64,000 nucleotides of DNA from Auanema rhodensis (lineage: Eukaryota; Animalia; Nematoda): the NCBI GenBank assembly GCA_964057225.1, contig OZ059900.1:6386001-6450000 (forward strand). Direction: 5' to 3'. The notes beneath the pieces were generated by a model. It was not told where the DNA came from and did no database searches. It was given only the letters and a program-made list of their open reading frames with translations. This document shows positions 38,767-51,106 of the stretch, one piece after another (the first letter of the stretch is position 1; each line of letters begins with the position of its first letter). Made by a program: the position numbers and the translations under genes.

Positions 38767-41700
38767 ATGTCATTTGATCATCTCATCAGCAGTATTGAGG
38801 TTGAAAACAAAGAGTACAAGTTCTATAACTTGGACAAACTTGGAGATAAGAGATACGGTAATCAAACAAATTTTCAAACAACAATCACTGTACTTTTATA
38901 GACACTCTTCCATACAGTATTCGTGTTCTTTTGGAATCTGCTGTACGTAATTGTGATGGATTCCACGTCGAAAAGAAGGATGTTGAAACTATTTTGAACT
39001 GGGCTGAATCTCAGAATGCCAATGCAGAAATTCCATATAAGCCAGCTCGCGTGCTTCTTCAAGATTTCACGTAAGCTTTTTCATTATTATCAACCTATTT
39101 TGTTTGTATATAGTGGAGTCCCAGCTGTTGTTGATCTTGCTGCTATGCGTGATGCTGTTGCCCAAATGGGAGGTGATCCAACCAAGGTCAATCCTATCTG
39201 CCCAGTCGATCTCGTTATTGATCACTCCGTTCAAGTAGACTACTCTGGAAAGTGAGTAAAGATCAACATTTATGCTTATATTTTCAATATTTCTCTAGTG
39301 AACAAGCCCGTCAAAAGAATGAGGAGCTCGAATTCCAAAGAAACTCTGAACGTTTCAATTTTCTCAAGGTAATTTTTTCACTCTGTTGAATAAAAACTTA
39401 TCTAAATATCACTTTTTTAAGTGGGGATCCAAGGCATTCAATAATCTTCGTATCATTCCACCTGGTTCAGGAATTGTTCATCAAGTTAACTTGGAATACT
39501 TGGCCCGTCATGTTATGATTGATGAGGTATATTCAGTGTGCGAATTTAGAAATTCCGTTATTTTACAGAAAAATGTTGTCTTCCCAGACTCTTGTGTTGG
39601 AACTGATTCGCATACCACTATGATCTGTGGATCTGGCATTCTCGGTTGGGGAGTTGGAGGAATTGAAGCTGAAGCTGTTATGCTTGGACAACCAATTTCA
39701 ATGGTGATAATGAATGTTTGTGAAAATGTAGTTACAAGTTATCTTCAGGTTTTGCCAAAGGTTATTGGAGTACACCTTAGTGGAACTCTCTCTCAAGCTG
39801 TTACTGCTACTGATTTGGTTCTTACCATCACTCAAAAACTTCGTGCTCACGGAGTTGTTGGAAAATTTGTCGAATTCTTCGGTGCTGGACTCCAAAACCT
39901 GTCCATTGCTGATAGAGCCACCATCGCTAACATGTGTCCAGAATATGGAGCCACTGCTGCTTTCTTCCCATTTGATAAAAACACTTACAAGTAAGTATAG
40001 TACGGCTGAAATTTTTTACATTAGTATTTAAGCTTCTTAAAATCTACTGGTCGTGATGCTCACAAATGCGACCTTGTAGGAAAATATATGGAGGCTAACA
40101 AGATGTCTCTTGACAATGCTACCGGAACTCCAACCTATTCTGAAGTGATTGAAGTTGACATGAGCTCTATTGTTAACAGTGTTGCTGGACCTAAACGTCC
40201 CCATGATCGTGTTGAACTCACCAAGCTTAGCGAAGATTTCAAGGCTGGACTTACTGCTCCCATTTCTTTCAAGGTTAGCACACTCGGTTTGAAGTCATAA
40301 TCATAATTATATTCAGGGATACGGGCAAACCCCAGAAGAGGCCGAAAAGAGAAGCTATTGCGTTAGGAAGACCGAGCTCACTCACGGAAGTGTTGCTATT
40401 GCCGCTATCACTTCTTGTACTAACACCAGTAATCCAACTGTCATGTTGGCTGCTGGTTTGGTTGCTAGAAAAGCCAAATCTTACGGATTCAAGGTTCCCA
40501 AATACGTCAAAACTTCTCTTTCACCTGGATCTGGAGTTGTCGCAAAATATCTTGAGGCTTCTGGACTTCTAACTGACATGGAAAACATTGGTTTCCATAT
40601 TACTGGATACGGTTGTATGACCTGTATTGGAAACTCTGGACCACTCGATCCAAGTGTTGTTGAAGAAATTGAAAAGGTAAGAAGCAATTGCATATTTTTA
40701 TGAATATGTTTCTATTTTTCCAGAACAACATTGTTGCCGCCGGAGTGCTCTCTGGAAACCGTAACTTCGAAGGACGTATTCATCCAAATGTTCGCGCTAA
40801 CTACCTTGCTAGTCCACCACTTGTTGTCCTTTATGCCATTCTTGGAAACGTTCAATACAACTTGAATGATGTTATTGGTAAGAAAACAATTATCATATTA
40901 TCTAATTAAGTTGGCTTTTGCAGGTGTCTTTGATGGAAAGGAAATTCGTGCTTTTGATCTTCTCCCAACCAGAGACGAAATTGCCGAATTTGAAAAACAA
41001 TATATCCGCTCGGAATTTTTCAAGGAGGTCTACAGCTCTATTGAACTTGGATCGAGCCAATGGCAAAGTCTTGTTAGCCCCAACTCTCAACTTTACCCAT
41101 GGGATAACGACAGCAGCTATATCAAGAAAGTTCCATTCTTCGATGGAATGGTCAGTACTTAGTGATTTTTTTGATTGACAGAATCTTTTGTTATAGAACA
41201 TGGATTTGCCAGAGAAGGCTCCAATCGAGAATGCTAACTGTCTTCTTTTACTTGGAGATTCTATCACTACCGATCACATCTCCCCAGCTGGCTCAATTGC
41301 TGAGGTTTATAATTGTTTTCTCCCTCAAATGAAATGTAAGATATGCATTTCAGAAATCGCCCGCTGCTCGCTATCTTGGTGATCATGGAGTTGAGCCAAA
41401 AGATTTCAACTCTTATGGATCTAGACGCGGTAACCACGAAGTTATGCTTCGCGGAACCTTTGCTAACCGTCGCATTGTCAACAAGATGGTCAGCAAAGTT
41501 GGACCACAAACCCTTTACGTCCCTGATAATGTTGTTATGGACGTTTCTGACGCTGCTGAGAAGTATGCTTCCCAAGGAAAGCAAGTTATTGTCATTGCTG
41601 GTAAAGAATATGGATCTGGATCTTCTCGTGATTGGGCCGCCAAGGGACCTTATCTTCTTGGTGTAAAAGCTGTAAGTTCCAAGATATTTATGTAGAAAAA

Positions 41701-42049
41701 CAAGAAAATTTTTCTAGGTCGTTGCTGAATCTTACGAGCGCATTCATCGTTCCAATTTAGTTGGAATGGGAGTTCTCCCACTTGAATTCCTCAGCGGAGA
41801 AAATGCTGAAACCTACAAGCTCAATGGAAAGGAAACTTTCTCGTACAAACTTTATTATTTCAGCACATTATTGATTTGATAATTTTCAGCATTGAAGTAC
41901 CAAAAGACTTGAAGCCAGGTGATTTGCTCACTGTTACCGCTTCTACTGGAGCTTCCTTCAAAGCCAAGTGCCGATTGGATACAGAAGTTGAACTTACCTA
42001 CTACCGTCATGGAGGTATTCTCCAATACATGGTCCGCAAAATGATCTAA
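38767..42049 (+). CDS. aco-1: Cytosolic aconitate hydratase / IRP1 homologue
   Basis: Motifs [84 protein letters not shown] (three Fe-S Cys intact), [35 protein letters not shown] and [16 protein letters not shown]. No mitochondrial leader. AATAAA at 42170. Confidence 0.97.
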
Positions 42050-42509
42050 ACTGATATATTTGTCAGTTTTTGATTCAACTTTCACTTACTGAAACAAATT
42101 TTGAAATGTTTTTTTTTGTATTAATTCTAGACTGTGTTTTTGTGTTCGACTAGGTTTAATAATTATTTTAATAAACATTTATTTAAAAAAAAATATGCTA
42201 TTTAATGTAATTTTGCAACCTATTATATAAATAGCGATGACGCGTTTGTTATTTGGTGGCGCGATCGTAAGATTAATTGGACTTCAGCACTTTGCGCTCA
42301 TTGAATCATACAAAAGATTCCAAAGATAAGAACCATCTTCTTCACATTGTGTCATGATAAGTTTAATAACTTGTCACGATCACGATGTTGTCTATTATTT
42401 CAACTGAGATTACTCGAAAAGATTATTGTAAATGAAAAGTTCAAACAGTAGTAAGTATTATTTCTTTATTTTGTTATTAAACAGATTAAAATGCAAGTAT
42501 ATAATCTAG

Positions 42510-44289
42510 TTACCAATCAAGTACTGATTGTGGCTGATGGCTAAGCAGTCCGTTTGGAAGCAATTGTGGACTGTTCTCGGTATAGAATTGAGAGTACCAT
42601 CTTAAATAAATGTTTTTGAAATATAATGATTTTTTAATATCACTAACCGTCGATGTTTTTTGATTGGACCATCATTTCGAACAACTAATGGATCTTTTAC
42701 ATATCGTTTATTATTCCAAATGAAAACATCACGTTCAAACTATATAGAAAACAAACTATAATTGAGTTGATTAACAAAAACTTTACCTGCGTTGCTTCAC
42801 TGATGAGGAAAAATTTGCAATACCATCTGTAACAATCTGAATACATATTAAATCGTACACGTTGGAGTAATGGTTGTTCTGGTGTCACATGTTGCAAAAC
42901 ACATCCTCGACCCAAAACTCCAAAATCAAAACGCATCAAAACAATTCCTGGTCCATACTAAAGTAAAATTGTACTGTAAAAATTAAAACAATATATGTAC
43001 TTGTTCAGCTTTTAAATGACTATTTGTTAATGGAATAGGGAATTTGCCTTTAAACGTTAAGTACTGATCAAGTATCATGGTTCCAATATGTCTAGTGTTT
43101 CCTGTTCCGCAATCCCAACTTCCATTCCAGGCATGAGAAATAAGCGGACATATATCATTAAGTCTTAAGCTGGTGATATCATTTCCTAAACAGCAAATAA
43201 TACATTTAATCTTTATACTAATTTAACAAACCGTTATTTGGCCCTGATAAATGTAAATAGTTCAAATGAGCAATATCAGCACCGTTCTCAGGAATTTCTT
43301 GGGCATGGCATTGAATCTACAAAAAGCTTAACTTTTCAAATTATATAAAACAATGCTCTTACTTCATGTTCTGTACGTCCGCCGTATGTCCAGGTCCCAT
43401 TTTCAATTTCGGGAATAGACGGAATTTCCCATTCAGGTTCAATTCCATCAGAATGGTACCATACATAAATGTGTTTGTTGATTTCTACTACCGGCCATGT
43501 CTTAACACGTGCTTGGCTTGGTATAGTTCCCTCATCATAAGGAATTTTAGTACATTTTCCTGTTTCAGCTGAGAAAATCCATCCGTGGAAAGGACATTGT
43601 ACACAGTTATCTTCCACGACCTGTACAAACAATGGATAATTAAAAGGAAGGAAGTGAAAATTAAAATCTGATCTGATATATCTCACCCGGCCACCAACGT
43701 TGAAGTTTGCACCCAAATGGGGACAATACGAGTCTATTAAGTACACTTTTCCCGATTCTGAACGGATTAACGAAAGAAGTTGGCCTGAGATTTCAAAACT
43801 GATACTAACAATGTTGGTGCATGTTTCTTACAAAATACGGTAACCTGCTTAATTTCTGATTTTTTTATTGAATATGATTCTCCAATGCAATACCATCCAT
43901 TAGGAAAAGCTGGTGGTAAATCGCCTAACTTTCTCATTTCTTGTAAACGATTGATTTCTCGAGCTCTCTCAAGGCCAGTCATCTGTAAAAAAGAGAAAAC
44001 TTGGTGAAGTATGATATCAATACAACGGTTTATAAAAATATGTGAACTTACATTTTCTCTATTGAACTTAAAACCTAGGTCTCCCAAAAGTTTAATTCGA
44101 TTTAAAGGTAATGTAGCTAATCGATATATTATATAAATTATTCCAATTATTAATGTAATTGCTATTTCTGTTTTTCCAACATTCTAAATTACAATTATTT
44201 ATGATGAAAATAACAATTAAGTAGGATTTAACAACCTGCCAACGATAATCAAGATGCGAAAATAAGTCCGCTAAAAGTCGTTGAAGCAT
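42510..44289 (-). CDS. daf-36: Rieske-domain cholesterol 7-desaturase (DAF-36/Neverland)
   Basis: [10 protein letters not shown], Rieske motifs [11 protein letters not shown] and CPFHGW, mononuclear-iron motif [16 protein letters not shown], and C-terminal ...LDW*. N-terminal hydrophobic segment; exact start codon less certain. Confidence 0.93.
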
Positions 44290-46556
44290 CCTATGATTGC
44301 AAAGACTTCTTTAATCGTTCAGTGAAAAATATTCAAGAAACTGCAAGAAAAGCAATAAAATAGAAATTACAATTAGAGCGAGAGTTATATACTAAAAACT
44401 TGAAAAAATTGAAGAACAGTGTAATGGATATAATAGCATGTTTAACTTGTTTATTGATATTAATTAAAAACTAATGATTAATCTTCAGTAGTATAGTAAT
44501 AATTTACTTAAATAATTACATAATTATATCAAAAAATTAATAAAAAGAAACATAAAAAAGTAGCATGTGAATAAAATGTTAGAGTTTAAATGAAACTGAA
44601 ACATGAACGATAAAACTGTGATAAGAACAATGACAATAGTGTTATATGCGAATTGCTCTTTGGGTTATTAGTCTCTAAACTTTCAATCTTAAAAAATTAT
44701 TGATGCTTCTGTGCAATGAATATATAAATATATATGTATAGCGTTGTATATATTCACTTTTTTTATGAATTCAGTATAACATATTGTTTGAGAATTCAAC
44801 TTCAGAAGTTTTGTTTGCATTCCACTGTTGAAATCTTCAGGCATTGTTTGACAAGACTTACGAGCAGGTAAAAATTGTAACGCACATTTTGAAATATTGT
44901 TGGAAAGGTTCCAAAACTGTGCTAACATCATTTTTACAATGCAAAATGAGCGCCATCTCTCACACCCTTACTGATTACTTGTCCTAAAATCAATAAGTGT
45001 CTAACAGTGTCGTGCACCTTTCCACCTGTTGAGCATTTCAAATATTTAAATTTAATTTAATATTCCTGTAAAACATGAAGATATGAAAATTGAAGGAAAC
45101 TTCTTAAGTTTAGTTCCTTTCAACCAATATCTTGAATTAAAAAATTCGTGCAAAGTCATTCCTCAACTATTAAAAACTGTCGTGTGTTCCGTCCATAATC
45201 TGCATTGTTAAGTTGACATTTTTTTCTCAAATATCTCATATAGTAGTTATTATGTTTTTTGTTTTCACATTAGTTCATATCTTAATCATAATGATGATTG
45301 GAATCCAGCAAAATGATTAAGCATTTGAGAAATCATGCGTCATCACTATGGTCAGATTATCTCCCCATTAAAAACTTAATGAAAGGATTAGTTGCAGTTT
45401 GAATATCTTACCGCATCATCACATAAGACAAAGTTTTTTCGATTTAGCAGGAAAAGGAAAAATTATTTCATATGCTGATTATATCGTAAACTTGAAGTAA
45501 ACAAGGACAAAAAAAGTACTTCCTCGTTGCCGCGTGAACACAATTGATCAAAATGTTATCCTAAATCCAGTCCAGACTACATACTTTGAGTTCCTGGTTT
45601 AAAAAAGAAATATTATTTGGTGCCAACAAAACTTTTGTTATATGTCACATCGCAATCAAAGATTTCTATATATTTTTTAATAAAATTATGCTGAAGTTTA
45701 AATCTGAACAATAAATATCATCATAATTTTATTGTTTATTGAAGTCAAAACAAGATACTTAAAAAGGATGTGCTTAATGTTTTCAATTAAACGTTAACTC
45801 ATATATATTTTAATTTGAAACATGAGCTGAAAATACAATTTTCTTGTAAAGGATGTTTGGAATTATTTTGTTAGCAAGTATCGTGAATAATGACATTGAA
45901 ACAAGAAGCTTTAAAGAAGTACTTCTAAGTTTCTAGTTATAATTGTATTATTTCAATGCAATCCTGATGAATTATCCGGATTTTTGTTTTTTTTTATTCT
46001 TGTAATCTCAAAATTCTCGGAGGATTCGAACTTTTTCTTGTAATGAATGAAATTTCTATAAGTTTGAACATGACAACAATTGTCCAAGCGAATTAGATAA
46101 GCATCAGGCATGCTGGAAGACAGCGTAGAGGTCTCTCATTGACGTATGAGAGATTATTGCGATACATGTTAGTACAAAGAGGTGCCGAATATTTCAGACA
46201 TAACATAATATTGAAATAGTCTGCAAAAAGGGTAGAGATGACATGATCTGAAAAAGGAGCAATCTGAATTCAACACTTCGCATAGAGATTGAATGACCAG
46301 AAAATAAGGAGGAGCTATCGGGAGGAATACATCCAAAGAGAATCTTTAAGTTGAATCTACAAGCGGACTAGTGAAAGTCTCACTCAGTTAGTGCCTCCAG
46401 ATATCCAACACGTTGACACTATTCTGCTGTTCGAACATAACTTGCTGTGTCCACCAATAGCCAAATCATTAACTGTTTTTTCTTTGACTTACAACAATTT
46501 ATATTAACAATATTGTTAGTAAATCATTAAATCAACGATATTCTATATATGCCAAT

Positions 46557-48735
46557 ATGACACGCACGTGGTCAACAATTATTACAACTAAACTTACAAT
46601 TGCTTATGTTGCTGTATGTTTCTATTTATTACTGCGATATGTCTTTGTTCCGGATCTGACAGGGAGGTAAACAACATTTTGTTATTTTTCTTGTATTTAT
46701 ATGGTTTAAATGAGCAAAAAGTATATATTTTGATATGATACCAAAAAATTGAATATACTAATACCTAATGAGTTAAAATCAATAATTCTAAACTATCAAT
46801 ATCATATTTATTAATGAATTCTCTTTTATATTTCATTTGTTTTGATTCCAGTAATAAATCACCTACACTAGTTGAAAATATGCGTGTTGATTGTGCTCCA
46901 GTACTTTATGGTACTGATAACTATAAGAAATATAAATATTGGTCATTTGACTATAGATGGATTGAGGAAGAGATATATTCTGCTGATGATTTGTATGATC
47001 GTTCTTATATAATTATGATATGTATTTTGTATTTTATAGCTGTCAGATTATTCCTAAATTCTTCCATTTTGAGAAAAAGCCTTTATCCATTGAGGAAGCG
47101 GAGTTTCCATTAGCATACGGATTAGTTACTTACAAAGACATAGTACAGGTAATAAGTTTTTACTATTATGAGATATTTGTGACATATTGAAAACCGATAA
47201 GCTTTAATTAATTCTGATGTTTGTGATAAATCAATATTTTTATGTTTTTTGATTGGGATTTCATTTTCATTTCATTAAAAAAACTATATTTTTCAGGTTT
47301 TGATGCAATTGAGTATCTTTTATCATCCTCAAAATCAATATTGTATTACTATCGATAAAGCAGCTTCAATGGAATTCAAACGAGCTATGGCCACTTTACC
47401 TAGATGTTTTGGAAACATTGCCACATTTGTATGCTTATAGAAACTTAATAATTTTCTAAAATTATAAAATAGATTGGAACCACATCCAATTGGGGCACAT
47501 TCGGTATTTTGGAAAATGTTTACAACTGTTTTCATTACTTGTCTCTTTCTGATACAAAATGGGAATATTATCAGGTATAATAGTGATAATATTATATATT
47601 ATACAAAATTCTCAACTCATTAAAACTGTTTATAATATAAAGATTTTTTTGAGTATACGAACCAAATGTAAGAATGAAATAGTTGTTTTTCAGTACTTAT
47701 CTGGTTCGGATCTTCCGTTGAGAACAAATCTTGAAATGGTTCGTATATTCAAGGCTTTAAATGGTTCAATCAATACAGATGTTGAAGATTTTGAAGTTGA
47801 CCGATATAAGAATATGGAGGTAATTACTTTTGTTATTACAAGTTTATCATTAAATTAATAATTTGATGAAAGAAAGAAAGAACATGAACTACATCTTCTA
47901 ATTCATAATTACTAATTCTTTCTAGGGCATTCAACCACCATTGCCTCTGTACAAATCTAGTATGTCCGTATCTGTGCCAAGAGCAGCAGCAGCATATATG
48001 GTCAAGAGTCGGACAGTCAAAAAGCTTCTCAAATACTTGTCTAATACATGGGTTCCGGATGAGTCTTTCTGGACATCTGTAGCAGGGAATAGTCAAAGTG
48101 TGTTATAATACTTTTATCTAAGAGATCATCTCAAAGACTAACATACATTTCTTTTGCAGCTTATTATCTAAACTTTTTTTTCTTTTTTTTTCGTCAATGT
48201 TAGATTTGCAGTATTCAATGTACCGGGATCATTTCGAGCAAGTGATGTGATGTGGCTTAGAAAACATTTCACCATGAAATCCATTAGCGAGTTTTCGACA
48301 AGCCACATTGGTACAAGTTATATTGGACGTTACCAAGTTTGGTCATGGCAAAAACCTTGTGGAGGTAGAAACCCGATACCACATTCCTATATTTAATAAC
48401 TAATTTTAGGAAAAGTTACCAGTTGGTCATGTGTCTATGGTGTAGAAGATATTAAAGAAGTTGTGAAAAGACCTGAACTTGTTGCACATAAGATATATCT
48501 TGATTTTGAACCAGCCGCCTTCATGTGTTTATTCAAAGTAATTGAACATTAGGCTTAGAGTCAAGTGATTAATCAATATTTTAAGGACGTTCGCTACCGT
48601 AGTTATCATCCAATCGATTTTAATGCTCAAAGCTACAGTGAAATGCCAACAGTTGAACTACATAATGGAAAGAGCATTACTGAATTAACTCATCCGGAAT
48701 GGTTATTACGAAGTTCTTTCGCACGTGATCAATAG
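46557..48735 (+). CDS. Core-2/I-branching beta-1,6-N-acetylglucosaminyltransferase family (GT14)
   Basis: Type II TM N-terminus, then LSIEEAEFPLAYG, YHPQNQYCITID, WEYYQYLSGSDLPLRTNLEMVRIFK, WVPDESFW and SCVYGVEDI...LVAHKIYLDFEPAAFMCL. Confidence 0.92.
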
Positions 48736-49910
48736 AAGTTCATACTTGCGATGTATCTGAACATTTTTTAGTTTGGCGGTAGAGATCATAAAACTGCACA
48801 AAATTGCTCGTAGGTCTCATACACTTTTCATCAAAGAAAATGTTGAAAAGTTAATATAAAATGAGCTATATATACACATAGCTTCTACTTTTTAGTTGTT
48901 GAAAACACTCATTATTGTTTTTTTTCCACATATACATATAGTTTATTTCTTTTTTGATTTTAGTTAAAACTTCTATTTTACTATATCTTTTCATTCTCTT
49001 TTCATTCTTCTTTCAATGCTTGTCCGATATTCATCCTTGAATCTATCTTTCTGTGCCATCATAAAATTCGTGGTCCAATACAGCAAAAAGTTGTTGAGAT
49101 AACATCTTATAAAGGCCTGCTGACACAGAAAGCCGATATCTTCCGTATTCACTGGAAGGAACTTGAATGATTGCGAAAATAAAAATATAATTATCTATTC
49201 TTTTGTAATTACTGATGCTGATATTGTTCATTACTGGTATATTGTTTTTTAAATGCTTATAAAAACCTTTTTTATATATTTATAACTATATAATATCATT
49301 TAGCAGGTGTTTACTTTCAAGATATGAATGTATTTCTTGATATATATTATGCTCATCTACACTTCGTCTTTCATTTAACATTTGATTAACCAATCATCTT
49401 CAGTTGTTTAGTTTTTGCTATATTATTCCAAATATATTTTTAAAATGAATAAAATATGCTTCAAACGTTTTTACCTACGTTAACTTAAAACACTTGAAAT
49501 GAAACACAAAATATTGAAATCAGCACAATCGTTCTTGTTCGAAATCAGTTGAGAAGATGAGGACAAGATAAGGTATTAAAAAATTGGATGGAACAAGATA
49601 TGTAAATAAGTATAAACAAGCATTCGCATAGAACGATCAGTCAGAATTAATATTTATTTCATAGAAAGTAATGAGGAAACAGAATAAAATGTCAGGCAAA
49701 CATGTAATACTAACTATTTGAAATCCCGTTTGATAGAGCTCAATGAGCCAACTACACATTTATGAAAAATGCAATAAATGCATATTTATAATACTTTCTT
49801 GACAAGATAAAAAATATATCTAAGCTATGCCTAAATCAATGAATTTTATCTGGAATTCGAAAATTTGGATTTGATGGAAAACTGTGTAAAAGACAATTTA
49901 TGCCTTTAAG

Positions 49911-51106
49911 TTATTTTGACTCTTTCACATATCCGAATCGCATACGAAGCTGTTCGAAAAAGATGAAAGTGAGAACAGTATGAGGTGCCAAACGAATCCA
50001 TGCGGGCATGAAACCCTTGAAGAAAGCAGTTGGGCCAGTTTTGGCGGTATAAATAAAACAATCCATTATGCCCTCAATATTGAAAATAAGTTCGGTTTTT
50101 TTCTTAATGTGTTTACCTTAAACTCTCCTGGCTTGGCATTCATCATTCTAGTTTTCATTACATCCAATGGCTGAGTCATCATAGTAGCAATACTTGCCTA
50201 TAAATCGCAAATCGAAAATAAGACAGAAATGAAAAAACGTACAGCACAGAAACTGCTGAAGAAATGAGTTCCAGCATTATCTTTAGCTACTCCACTTTCA
50301 ATCAAGCGTTGTTTGATTTCATCGTAAAAGGATAGCTGACCTATGGTCATGAGGACAGCACGACTACTAGCCATAGTAGCTCCTGAGAATAACGATTATT
50401 TCCCTTTTTTGAAAAATTTGACCTACCATTGAAAAGACGTCCAGCACCTTCTTCACGAATAATTCGGAACACGCCATCAAGAGCATGCTTATAGTTACGT
50501 CTTTGATCAACAGGCAGCTAAAACAATGTTATTTTCTTGAGTGACAAGTACACTAAATCCTACTTTAATATCGTTTTGCATTCGAACGTTTACTAAATCT
50601 CCTGGAGTTCCAACTACACCACCAAAGAATCCAGAAACACCAGCCAACAAAGCTTTTTGATAGAAAGGAAGATTTTGATCTTAAATTAAAAATCATATAA
50701 AATAATGACAATGTTTGCAACTATACCACTCGGAAATTGTTTTTTCAAAGTTTCATATAATCCAAAACGTGTGGTTGAATATGTAAGTTGTCTAAGAAGA
50801 GATGCAGATAATCCTGAAAGCATGAAATAAAACTTCGGGTGACTGAACTCTCTTTTTTACCATTATAGAAAGCAAAGAATCCATCCGATTTAGCAATCTT
50901 GGAGCACATCTCTCCAACTCCAATCTTTGTTTGTTGAGTTTGAAGATGAACCTTTAAACATTTATAAATTTATAAAATAATGAGCAAAATTCAAAAAATA
51001 CTTTGATGGTATCTAAAGGATGGGTGCAGCATGCAGCTCCAGCAGAAGCAAGACCTCCAAAGTACCATCTTCCAAGTTTTTTCGATTCTTCCTTCTTCTC
51101 ACCCAT
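49911..51106 (-). CDS. slc-25A10: Mitochondrial dicarboxylate carrier (SLC25A10-like)
   Basis: RWYFGGLASAGAACCTHPLDTIKVHLQ, LLRQLTYSTTRFG, GTPGDLVNVRMQND, RRNYKHALDG, TQPLDVMKTRMMN and FFKGFMPAWIRLAPHTVLTFIFFEQLR; three carrier repeats. Confidence 0.93.

Noticed and set aside
41415-41490. Bacterial origin of the aconitase (RRGNHEVM resembles AcnA)
   Set aside because: The gene has many host-type introns, nematode codon usage and IRP1-like termini. One motif is not enough to infer horizontal transfer.
44310-44335. Iron-responsive element (CAGTGA) upstream of daf-36
   Set aside because: The hexamer is on the strand opposite the daf-36 mRNA and lacks the IRE stem with bulged C.
49000-49231. 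Small minus-strand ORF(s) between the GT14 gene and the carrier
   Set aside because: No recognisable motif or clear splice structure; compatible with chance.
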